Source: Eledone cirrhosa
Lineage: Eukaryota
Length of the DNA: 64,000 bases
Reading direction: 5' to 3'
Assembly (NCBI GenBank): GCA_964016885.1
Contig: OZ024741.1
Coordinates: 87,172,001 to 87,236,000 of the forward strand
Made by a program: the position numbers and the translations under genes. The notes below the pieces were generated by a model. The model did no database searches. It was not told the origin of the DNA and was given only the letters and a program-made list of their open reading frames with translations. Positions 27,200 to 38,958 of this stretch are shown here, piece after piece; the stretch's first letter is position 1, and each line of letters opens with the position of its first letter.

Positions 27200-30100
27200 T
27201 GGTGTAATCATGGTGTACTGGTGATGTATTGGTGGTGTACTGCTGGTGTACTGGTGGTGTACTGGTGGTGTATTGGTGGTGTATTGGTGGTGTACTGGTG
27301 GTGTATTGGTGGTGTAGTATTGATGTACTGGTGGTGTACTGGTGGTGTAGTGTTGATGTACTGGTGGTGTAGAGGTGGTGTATTGGTGGTGTTTTGGTGG
27401 TGTAGTGTTGATGTACTGGTGGTGTAGTTTTGATGTACTGGTGGTGTAGTGGTGGTTGTATTGGTGGTGTACTGGTGGTGTACTGGTGGTGTACTGGTGG
27501 TGTAGTGTTGATGTACTGATGATGTATTGGTAGTGTACTAGTGGTGTAGTGTTGATGTACTGGTGGTGTATTGGTGGTGTACTGGTGGTGTAGTTGTGGT
27601 GTATTGGTGGTATACTGGTGGTGTAGTGTTGATGTACTGGTGGTGTAGTCGTGGTGTAGTGTTGATGTACTGGTGGTGTAGTTTTGATGTGCTGGTGGTG
27701 TAATAATGGTGTACTGGTGACGTATTGGTGGTGTATTGGTGGTCTACTGGTGGTGTAGTGTTGATGTACTGGTGGTGTACTGGTGGCGTAGTGTTGATGT
27801 ACTGGTGGTGTACTGGTGGTGTATTGGTGGTGTACTGGTGGTGTATTGGTGGTGTAGTGTTGATGTACTGGTGGTGTATTGGTCGTGTAGTGTTGATATA
27901 CTGGTGGTGTAGTGTTGATGTACTGGTGGTGTACTGGTGGTGTATTGGTGGTGTACTGGTGGTGTATTGGTGGTGTAGTGGTTGTATATTGATGGTGTAT
28001 TGGTGGTGTATTGGCGGTGTACTGGTAGTGTATTGCTGGTGTAGTGGTGGTGTAGTGGTGGTGTATTGGTGGTGTGCTGGTGGTGTATTGGTGGTGTATT
28101 AGTGATGGAGAGTTGATGTTCTGGTGGTGTAGTGTTGATGTACTGGTGGTGTATTGGTGGTGTATTGGCGATGTACTGGTGGTGTATTGGTGGCGTATTG
28201 GTGGTGTACACTGTAGTGTATTGGTGGTGTATTGGTGGTGTATTGGTGCTGTATTGGTGGTGTAATGGTGGTTTATTGGTGGTGTACTGGTGGTGTATTG
28301 GTGGTGTACTGGTGGTGTACTGGTGGTGTACTGGTGGTGTATTGGTGGTGTATTGGTGGTGTACTGGTGGTGTATCGGTGGTGTAGTGTTGATGCACTGG
28401 TGGTGTATTGGGGATGTACTGGTCGTGTAGTGGTGGTGTAGTTTTGTAGTACTGGTGGTGTATTGGTGGTGTAGTGTTGTTGTACTTGTGGTGTAGTGGT
28501 GGTATAGTGGTGGTGTACAGGTGCTGTATTGGTGGTGTACTGGTGGTGTAGTGTTTATGTATTGGTGGTGTATTGGTGCTGTATTGGTGGTGTACTGGTG
28601 GTGTAATGGTGGTGTACTGGTGGTGTATTGGTGGTTTATTGGTGGTGTAGTGTTGATGTATTGGTGGTGTAGTGTTGATATACTCGTGGTGTATTGGTGG
28701 TGTATTGGTGGTGTATTGGTGGTGTATTGGTGGTGTAGTGGTGGTGTAGCGTTGATGTACTGGTGGTGTATTGGTGGTGTAGTGTTGATGTACTGGTGCT
28801 GTATTAGTGGTGTATTGGTGATGTACTGGTGGTTTATTGGTGGTGTACTGGTGGTGTGCTGGTGGTCTATTAGTGGTGTATTGGTGATGTACTGGTGGTG
28901 TATTGGTGGTGTATTGGTGGTGTACTGGTGGTGTATTGGTGGTGTAGTGTTGATATACTGGTGGTGTATTGGTGATGTACTGGTAGTGTATTGGTGGTGT
29001 ATTGGTGGTGTACTGGTGGTGAATTGGTGGAGTATTGGTGGTGTACTGGTCGTGTATTGGTGATGTAGTGTGGATGTACTGGTGGTGTAGTGTTGATGTA
29101 CTGCGGTGTACTGGTGCTGTATTGGTGTTGTATTAGTGGTTCAGTCGTGGTGTAGTGTTGATGTACTGGTGGTGTATTGGTGGTGTAGTTGTGGTGTATT
29201 GGTGGTGTATTGGTAGTGTACTGGTGGTGTATTGGTGGTGTAGTGGTGGTTTATTTGGTGGTGTATTGGTGATTTATTGGTGGTGTCTTGGTGGTGTATT
29301 GGTGGAGTACGGGTGGTGTATTGGTGGTGTAGTATTGATGTACTGGTGGTGTACTGGTGGTGTAGTGTTGATGTACTGGTGGTGTAGAGGTGGTGTATTG
29401 GTGGTGTTTTGGTGGTGTAGTGTTGATGTACTGGTGGTGTAGTGTTGATGTACTGGTGGTGTAGTGGTGGTTGTATTGGTGGTGTACTGGTGGTGTACTG
29501 GTGGTGTACTGGTGGTGTAGTGTTGATGTACTGATGATGTATTGGTAGTGTACTAGTGGTGTAGTGTTGATGTACTGGTGGTGTATTGGTGGTGTACTGG
29601 TGGTGTAGTTGTGGTGTATTGGTGGTATACTGGTGGTGTAGTGTTGATGTACTGGTGGTGTAGTCGTGGTGTATTCTTGATGTACTGGTGATGTATTGGT
29701 GGTGTACTGGTGGTGTAGTAGTGATGTATTGGTGGTATACTGGTGGTGTAGTGTTGATGTACTGGTGGTGTAGTCGTGGTGTAGTGTTGATGTACTGGTG
29801 GTGTAGTTTTGATGTGCTGGTGGTGTAATAATGGTGTACTGGTGACGTATTGGTGGTGTATTGGTGGTCTACTGGTGGTGTAGTGTTGATGTACTGGTGG
29901 TGTACTGGTGGCGTAGTGTTGATGTACTGGTGGTGTACTGGTGGTGTATTGGTGGTGTACTGGTGGTGTATTGGTGGTGTAGTGTTGATGTACTGGTGGT
30001 GTATTGGTCGTGTAGTGTTGATATACTGGTGGTGTAGTGTTGATGTACTGGTGGTGTACTTGTGGTGTATTGGTGGTGTACTGGTGGTGTATTGGTGGTG

Positions 30101-33100
30101 TAGTGTTGATGTACTTGTGGTGTATTGGTGGTGTGTCGGCGGTGTACTGGTAATGTATTGCTGGTGTAGTGGTGGTGTAGTGGTGGTGTATTGGTGGTGT
30201 GCTGGTGGTGTATTGGTGGTGTATTAGTGATGGAGAGTTGATGTTCTGGTGGTGTAGTGTTGATGTACTGGTGGTGTATTGGTGGTGTATTGGCGATGTA
30301 CTGGTGGTGTATTGGTGGCGTATTGGTGGTGTACACTGTAGTGTATTGGTGGTGTATTGGTGGTGTATTGGTGCTGTATTGGTGGTGTAGTGGTGGTTTA
30401 TTGGTGGTGTACTGGTGGTGTATTGGTGGTGTACTGGTGGTGTACTGGTGGTGTACTGGTGGTGTATTGGTGGTGTATTGGTGGTGTACTGGTGGTGTAT
30501 CGGTGGTGTAGTGTTGATGCACTGGTGGTGTATTGGTGATGTACTGGTCGTGTAGTGGTGGTGTAGTTTTGTAGTACTGGTGGTGTATTGGTGGTGTAGT
30601 GTTGTTGTACTTGTGGTGTAGTGGTGGTATAGTGGTGGTGTACTGGTGCTGTATTGGTGGTGTACTGGTGGTGTAGTGTTTATGTATTGGTGGTGTATTG
30701 GTGCTGTATTGGTGGTGTACTGGTGGTGTAATGGTGGTGTACTGGTGGTGTATTGGTGGTTTATTGGTGGTGTAGTGTTGATGTATTGGTGGTGTAGTGT
30801 TGATATACTCGTGGTGTATTGGTGGTGTATTGGTGGTGTATTGGTGGTGTATTGGTGGTGTAGTTGTGGTGTAGCGTTGATGTACTGGTGGTGTATTGGT
30901 GGTGTAGTGTTGATGTACTGGTGCTGTATTAGTGGTGTATTGGTGATGTACTGGTGGTTTATTGGTGGTGTACTGGTGGTGTGCTGGTGGTCTATTAGTG
31001 GTGTATTGGTGATGTACTGGTGGTGTATTGGTGGTGTATTGGTGGTGTACTGGTGGTGTATTGGTGGTGTAGTGTTGATATACTGGTGGTGTATTGGTGA
31101 TGTACTGGTAGTGTATTGGTGGTGTATTGGTGGTGTACTGGTGGTGAATTGGTGGAGTATTGGTGGTGTACTGGTCGTGTATTGGTGATGTAGTGTGGAT
31201 GTACTGGTGGTGTAGTGTTGATGTACTGCGGTGTACTGGTGCTGTATTGGTGTTGTATTAGTGGTTCAGTCGTGGTGTAGTGTTGATGTACTGGTGGTGT
31301 ATTGGTGGTGTATTGGCGATGTACTGGTGGTGTATTGGTGGCGTATTGGTGGTGTACACTGTAGTGTATTGGTGGTGTATTGGTGGTGTATTGGTGGTGT
31401 ATTGGTGCTGTATTGGTGCTGTATTGGTGGTGTAGTGGTGGTTTATTGGTGGTGTACTGGTGGTGTATTGGTGGTGTACTGGTGGTGTACTGGTGGTGTA
31501 CTGGTGGTGTATTGGTGGTGTATTGGTGGTGTACTGGTGGTGTATCGGTGGTGTAGTGTTGATGCACTGGTGGTGTATTGGTGATGTACTGGTCGTGTAG
31601 TGGTGGTGTAGTTTTGTAGTACTGGTGGTGTATTGGTGGTGTAGTGTTGTTGTACTTGTGGTGTAGTGGTGGTATAGTGGTAGTGTACTGGTGCTGTATT
31701 GGTGGTGTACTGGTGGTGTAGTGTTTATGTATTGGTGGTGTATTGGTGCTGTATTGGTGGTGTACTGGTGGTGTAATTGTGGTGTACTGGTGGTGTATTG
31801 GTGGTTTATTGGTGGTGTAGTGTTGATGTATTGGTGGTGTAGTGTTGATATACTCGTGGTGTATTGGTGGTGTATTGGTGGTGTATTGGTGGTGTATTGG
31901 TGGTGTAGTGGTGGTGTAGCGTTGATGTACTGGTGCTGTATTAGTGGTGTATTGGTGATGTACTGGTGGTTTATTGGTGGTGTACTGGTGGTGTGCTGGT
32001 GGTCTATTAGTGGTGTATTGGTGATGTACTGGTGGTGTATTGGTGGTGTATTGGTGGTGTACTGGTGGTGTATTGGTGGTGTAGTGTTGATATACTGGTG
32101 GTGTATTGGTGATGTACTGGTAGTGTACTGGTGGTGTATTGGTGGTGTACTGGTGGTGAATTGGTGGAGTATTGGTGGTGTACTGGTCGTGTATTGGTGA
32201 TGTAGTGTGGATGTACTGGTGGTGTAGTGTTGATGTACTACGGTGTACTGGTGCTGTATTGGTGTTGTATTAGTGGTTCAGTCGTGGTGTAGTGTTGATG
32301 TACTGGTGGTGTATTGGTGGTGTAGTTGTGGTGTATTGGTGGTGTATTGGTAGTGTACTGGTGGTGTATTGGTGGTGTAGTGGTGGTTTATTTGGTGGTG
32401 TATTGGTGATTTATTGGTGGTGTCTTGGTGGTGTATTGGTGGAGTACTGGTGGTGTAGTGTTGATGTACTGGTGGTGTAGAGGTGGTGTATTGGTGGTGT
32501 TTTGGTGGTGTAGTGTTGATGTACTGGTGGTGTAGTGTTGATTTACTGGTGGTGTAGTGGTGGTTGTATTGGTGGTGTACTGGTGGTGTACTGGTGGTGT
32601 ACTGGTGGTGTAGTGTTGATGTACTGATGATGTATTGGTAGTGTACTAGTGGTGTAGTGTTGATGTACTGGTGGTGTATTGGTGGTGTACTGGTGGTGTA
32701 GTTGTGGTGTATTGGTGGTATACTGGTGGTGTAGTGTTGATGTACTGGTGGTGTAGTCGTGGTGTATTCTTGATGTACTGGTGATGTATTGGTGGTGTAC
32801 TGGTGGTGTAGTAGTGATGTATTGGTGGTATACTGGTGGTGTAGTGTTGATGTACTGGTGGTGTAGTCGTGGTGTAGTGTTGATGTACTGGTGGTGTAGT
32901 TTTGATGTGCTGGTGGTGTAATAATGGTGTACTGGTGACGTATTGGTGGTGTATTGGTGGTCTACTGGTGGTGTAGTGTTGATGTACTGGTGGTGTACTG
33001 CTGGCGTAGTGTTGATGTACTGGTGGTGTACTGGTGGTGTATTGGTGGTGTACTGGTGGTGTATTGGTGGTGTAGTGTTGATGTACTGGTGGTGTATTGG

Positions 33101-35400
33101 TCGTGTAGTGTTGATATACTGGTGGTGTAGTGTTGATGTACTGGTGGTGTACTTGTGGTGTATTGGTGATGTACTGGTGGTGTATTGGTGGTGTAGTGGT
33201 TGTTTATTGATGGTGTATTGGTGGTGTGTTGGCGGTGTACTGGTAGTGTATTGCTGGTGTAGTGGTGGTGTAGTGGTGGTGTATTGGTGGTGTGCTGGTG
33301 GTGTATTGGTGGTGTATTAGTGATGGAGTGTTGATGTTCTGGTGGTGTAGTGTTGATGTACTGGTGGTGTAATGGTGGTGTATTGGTGGTGTAGTGTTGA
33401 TGTACTGGTGGTGTATTGGTGGTGTAGTGTTGATGTACTGGTGGTGTAATGGTGGTGTATTGGTGGTGTAGTGTTGATGTACTGGTGGTGTATTGGTGGT
33501 GTAGTGTTGATGTACTGGTGGTGTAGTGGTGGTGTAGTTTTGATGTACTGGTGGTGTATTGGTGGTGTAGTGTTGATGTACTTGTGGTGTACTGGTGGTG
33601 TACTGGTGGTGTACTGTTGGTGTATTTGTGGTGTAGTGTTGATGTACTGGTGGTGTATTGCTGGTGTTGTGTTGATATACAGGTTGTGTACTGGTGGTGT
33701 ATTTGTGGTGTACTGGTGGTGTATTAGTGGTGTAGTGTTGATGTATTGGTGGTTTAATGTTGATGTACTGGTGGTGTATTGGTGGTGTAGTGTTGATGTA
33801 CTGGTAGCGTATTGGTGGTGTACTGTTAGTGTAGTGTTGATGTACTGGTGGTGTAGTGTTGATGTACTGGTGGTGTAGTGGTGGTGTACTGGTGGTGTAT
33901 TGGTGATGTACTGGTGGTATAGTGTTGATGTACTGGTGGTGTATTGGTTGTGTACTGGTGGTGTAGTGTTGATATACTGCTGGTGTATTGGTGGTGTACT
34001 GGTGGTGTAGTGGTGGTTTATTAGTGCTGTACTGGTGGTGTAGTGTTGATGTACTGGTGGTGTTTTGGTGGTGTAGTGTTGAAGTACTTGTGGTCTACTG
34101 GTGGTGTATTGGTGGTGTACTGGTTGTGTATTGCTGGTGTAGTGTTGCTGTACTGGTGGTGTATTGGTGGTGTAGTGTTGATGTATATGTGGTGTAGTGT
34201 CGATATACTTGTGGTGTATTGGTGGTGTAGATTTGATGTACTGGTGGTGTATTGGCGGTGTATTGGCGATGTACTGGTGGTGTATTGGTGGCGTATTGGT
34301 GGTGTACACTGTAGTGTATTGGTGGTGTATTGGTGGTGTATTGGTGGTGTAGTGGTGGTTTATTGGTGGTGTACTGGTGGTGTATTGGTGGTGTACTGGT
34401 GGTGTACTGGTGGTGTACTGGTGGTGTATTGGTGGTGTATTGGTGGTGTACTGGTGGTGTATCGGTGGTGTAGTGTTGATGCACTGGTGGTGTATTGGTG
34501 ATGTACTGGTCGTGTAGTGGTGGTGTAGTTTTGTAGTACTGGTGGTGTATTGGTGGTGTAGTGTTGTTGTACTTGTGGTGTAGTGGTGGTATAGTGGTGG
34601 TGTACTGGTGCTGTATTGGTGGTGTACTGGTGGTGTAGTGTTTATGTATTGGTGGTGTACTGGTGGTGTAATGGTGGTGTACTGGTGGTGTATTGGTGGT
34701 TTATTGGTGGTGTAGTGTTGATGTATTGGTGGTGTAGTGTTGATATACTCGTGGTGTATTGGTGGTGTATTGGTGGTGTATTGGTGGTGTAGTGGTGGTG
34801 TAGCGTTGATGTACTGGTGGTGTATTGGTGGTGTAGTGTTGATGTACTGGTGCTGTATTAGTGGTGTATTGGTGATGTACTGGTGGTTTATTGGTGGTGT
34901 ACTGCTGGTGTGCTGGTGGTCTATTAGTGGTGTATTGGTGATGTACTGGTGGTGTATTGGTGGTGTATTGGTGGTGTACTGGTGGTGTATTGGTGGTGTA
35001 GTGTTGATGTACTGGTGGTGTATTGGTGATGTACTGGTAGTGTATTGGTGGTGTATTGGTGGTGTACTGGTGGTGAATTGGTGGAGTATTGGTGGTGTAC
35101 TGGTCGTGTATTGGTGATGTAGTGTGGATGTACTGGTGGTGTAGTGTTGATGTACTGCGGTGTACTGGTGCTGTATTGGTGTTGTATTAGTGGTTCAGTC
35201 GTGGTGTAGTGTTGATGTACTGGTGGTGTATTGGTGGTGTAGTTGTGGTGTATTGGTGGTGTATTGGTAGTGTACTGGTGGTTTATTGGTGGTGTAGTGG
35301 TGGTTTATTTGGTGGTGTATTGGTGATTTATTGGTGGTGTCTTGGTGGTGTATTGGTGGAGTACTGGTGCTGTAGTGGTTGTTCAGTGTTGATGTATTGG
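27200..35400 (+). repeat. Satellite sub-domain with a ~2.1-3.1-kb higher-order repeat
   Basis: ORF pairs 27725/29850 and 28521/30646 (offset 2125), 29850/32943 (3093) and 32292/35209 (2917). Private variants ggttcagtcgtgg and gtacactgtagtg each recur four times. Ends approximate. Confidence 0.85.
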
Positions 35401-35939
35401 TGGTGTAGTGGTGGTGTAGTAGTGGTGTAGTGGTGGTACTTTGGTGGTGTAGTGGTGGTGTATTGGTGGTGCAGTGGTGGTGTACTCATGGTGTAGAGGT
35501 GGTGTAGTGTTGATGTAGTTGTCATGTAGTGTTGATGTACTGGTGGTGTTATGGTGGTGTAGGGTTGATGTACTGGTGGTGTAGTGTTGATGTACTGGTG
35601 GTGTAGCGTTGATGTAGTTATCATGTACTGGTTGTGTATAGGTGGTGTACTGGTGGTGTAGTGTTGATGTTCTGGTGGTGTACTGGTGGTGTAGTGTTGA
35701 CGTACTGGTGGTGTACTGTCGATGTACTGGTGGTGTATTGGTGGTGTAGTGTTGATGTACTGGTGGTGTAATGTTGATCTACTTTTGGTGTAGTGATGGT
35801 GTAGTGTTGATGTACTGGTGGTGTATTGGTGGTGTAATGGTGGTGCATTGGTGGTGTACTGGTGGTGTACTGGTGGTGTTGTGTTGATGTACTGGTAGTG
35901 TATTGGTTGTGTAGTGGTGGTGTAGTGGTGGTATATTGG

Positions 35940-37560
35940 TGATGTAGTGGTGGTGTACTGTTGGTGTAGTGGTGATGTAGTGTTGATGTAATGGTGGTGT
36001 AGTGTTGATGTACTGGTGGTGTAGTGGTGGTGTAGTGGTGGTGTATCGGTGGTGTATTGGTGGTGTAATATTGAAGTACTGGTGGAGTATTGGTGGCGTA
36101 TTGGTGGTGTACTGGTGGTGTAGTGGTGGTGTAGTTGTGGTGTAGTTTTGATGTACTGGTGGTGTATTGGTGGTGTATTGGTAATGTACTGGTGGTGTTT
36201 TGGTGGTGTAGTGTTGATATACTGGTGGTGTAGTGGTGGTGTACTGGCGGTATATTGGTTGTGTATTGGTGGTGTAGTGTTGATGTACCGGTGGTGTATT
36301 GGTGGTGTATTGGTAGTGTCGTGTTGATGTACCGGTGGTGTATTGGTGGTGTATTGGTGGTGGAGTGGTGGTGTGTTGGTGGTGTATTGGTCTAGTAGTT
36401 GTGGTGTATTGGTGGTCTGTTGGTGGAGTATTGGTGGTGTATTGATGGTGTTATTGTGGTGTAGTGGTGGTGTATTGGTGTTGTAGTGGTCGTGTACCGT
36501 GGTGTATTAGTGGTGTATTAGTGGTGTAGTGGTGGTGTACTGGTGGAGTATTGCTGGTGTACTGTTGGTGTACTGGTGGTGCATTGGTGGTGTACTGGTG
36601 GTGTGCTGTTGGTCTATTGGTGGTGTAGTAGTGGTGTATTGGTGGTGTAGTGTTGATGTACCTGTGGAGTATTGGTGGTGTAGTGGTGGTGTACTGGTGA
36701 TGTATTGGTGGTTTATAGCTGGTGTAGTGGTGGTATATTGGTGATGTAGAGGTGGTGTACTGTTGGTGTAGTGGTGATGTAGTGTTGATGTACTGGTGGT
36801 GTAGTGTTGATGTACTGGTGGTGTAGTGTTGATGTACTGGTGGTGTAGTGGTGGTGTAGTGGTGGTGTATCGGTGGTGTATTGGTGGTGTAATATTGATG
36901 GACTGGTGGAGTATTTGTGGTGTATTGGTGGTGTACTGGTGGTGTAGTGGTGGTGTAGTTGTGGTGTAGTTTTGATGTACTGGTGGTGTATTGGTGGTGC
37001 ATTGGTAATGTACTTGTGGTGTATTGGTAATGTACTGGTGGTGTTTTGGTGGTGTAGTGTTGATATACTGGTGGTGTAGTGGTGGTGTACTGGCGGTATA
37101 TTGGTGGTGTATTGGTGGTGTAGTGTTGATGTACCGCTGGTGTATTGGTGGTGTATTGGTGGTGTATTGGTGGTGGAGTGGTGGTGTGTTGGTGGTGTAT
37201 TGGTCTAGTAGTTGTGGTGTATTGGTGGTCTGTTGGTGGAGTATTGGTGGTGTATTGATGGTGTTATTGTGGTGTAGTGGTGGTGTATTGGTGTTGTAGT
37301 GGTCGTGTACCGTGGTGTATTAGTGGTGTATTGGTGGTGTAGTGGTGGTGTACTGGTGGAGTATTGCTGGTGTACTGGTGGTGTACTGGTGGTGCATTGG
37401 TGGTGTACTGGTGGTGTGCTGTTGGTCTATTGGTGGTGTAGTAGTGGTGTATTGGTGGTGTAGTGTTGATGTACCTGTGGAGTATTGGTGGTGTAGTGGT
37501 GGTGTACTGGTGATGTATTGGTGGTTTATTGCTGGTGTAGTGGTGGTGTACTGGTGGTGT
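35940..37560 (+). repeat. ~0.81-kb tandem duplication near the degenerate right edge of the satellite
   Basis: ORFs at 36529 and 37342 (offset 813); shared variants tggtctagtagttgtgg and cgtgtaccgtgg. Confidence 0.8.
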
Positions 37561-38877
37561 ACTGGTGGTGTACTGGTGGAGTACTGGTGGTGTAGTGGTG
37601 GTGTAGTGGTGGTGTATTGGTGGTGTACTCGTGGTGTACAGGTGGTGTAGTGTTGATGTTGTGGTGATGTACTGATGGAGTATTTGTGGTTTATTGGTGG
37701 TGTATTGGTAGTGTATTGGTGGTGTAATAGTTGTGTATTGTTGGTGTATTGGTGGTGTAATGGTGGTGTATTTGTGGTGTATTCGTGGTGTATTGGTGGT
37801 GTACTGCTGGTGTACTTGTGGTGTAATGGTGGTGTACTGGTGCTTTAGTGGTGGTGTATTGGTGGTGTATTGGTAGTGTACTGAATTGATATAGTATTGC
37901 TTGTGTAGTGTTGATGTACTAGTAGTGTATTGGTGGTGTACACGTGCAGTGCTGACGTACTGGTGATGTATTGGTGGTGTACTTTTGATGTAGTGATGAT
38001 GTACTGATGGTGTACCTTTGGTGTACTCATTGTGTACACGTCGTGTATATTACTTCCAGTATTTCCTTTAATGTTCCTTTGCTTTGGGTTGAAATAATGA
38101 TAGACATGACTTTACAAATAATCATTTAAAGTTCGATAAAATAAATACCGGTAATAGAAACGTGCAGTCGGTCAGCATCTTATCCAGGAATATTTATTTC
38201 ATGTACATTAAATGTTGGGGAAGTTGTCTTTTGATTGTCTTGATTAAAAATAAAACACTCACAAGTACTAGTATATATCTAGTTAAGTATATAATTTTCC
38301 TACAAATATGTCGTCTAATACCAGAAAGGATATCAATAATGAATACTGTTCTTACACAATGTCATTACACAAAATTCCTTGCAGCATCAATTGTTTCCTT
38401 CTCAGCGCATCCTATCAATATCTATATTAATAGACATCCAGTGTAGAACATAACAAGAAATGCTTCCGTTAAAACATTGCTTCCGCTGAATAAATACAAG
38501 AAATATGAATAGTTCAGACACATCAGAGTAAATAGGGTTTCATTAATTTGGATTGTGGGCAAATGGTTAACTGGACATGGTAAGATAGAAGCAGGGAAAT
38601 CTTAAATTTAATTAATTATTGCTCGATGTTCAAACGAAAACCAAATAGAAGAATGGGAATGTAGCGCAAAGTACGATATGAAGCGTGCTTCATGCTCACT
38701 AGAAACAAATATGAAATAATTTTCTTTTAAATTTCAATATAATTACAGTCTTGCACGACGAAATTTTTCCAATATTTATATTCAGTTAAATCCTTCTTTC
38801 AAACTCTTTGCGTATGTTGCACTCACATAGGTGTAAACATTCATGTAAACGATATGACATAGATACACTAAAAGTGA

Positions 38878-38883
38878 TTTATT
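38878..38883 (-). promoter_or_regulatory. Candidate polyadenylation signal (AATAAA) of the GPCR
   Basis: tttatt on + strand ~75 nt after the stop codon, with another at 38193-38198. The AT-rich context makes chance hits likely. Confidence 0.3.
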
Positions 38884-38958
38884 TTAGCCTTTTGTGTTAA
38901 CATTTAACATTTTGTGTAAATTATTCAAAGTAATAATTACAATAGAAGAAAGAGAGAT

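Larger units (their letters stand above)
1..38040 (+). repeat. Large tandem satellite array of 11-bp monomers (GGTGGTGTACT / GGTGGTGTATT / GGTGGTGTAGT / GTTGATGTACT), G+T-rich on + strand, open at the left window edge
   Basis: The monomers read continuously from base 1 to ~38040. All ORF translations in the interval are 11-aa periodic (3 x 11 bp). Monomers decay towards ~38040, where unique AT-rich DNA starts. Confidence 0.98.

Noticed and set aside
87-38039. Dozens of VVYWWC (+) and HHQYTT (-) ORFs as protein-coding genes
   Set aside because: They are translations of the 11-bp satellite, occur in all frames, end at sporadic point mutations and lack unique domains.
1-38040. Telomeric array (resemblance to GGTGTAC-containing yeast telomere repeats)
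   Set aside because: The G-rich strand runs toward the unique DNA rather than a chromosome end, kb-scale HORs indicate recombination rather than telomerase, and the context is animal.
1-38040. CRISPR array or Chi-site (GCTGGTGG) cluster
   Set aside because: No unique spacers or cas genes and a eukaryotic context; CTGGTGG is simply part of the monomer.
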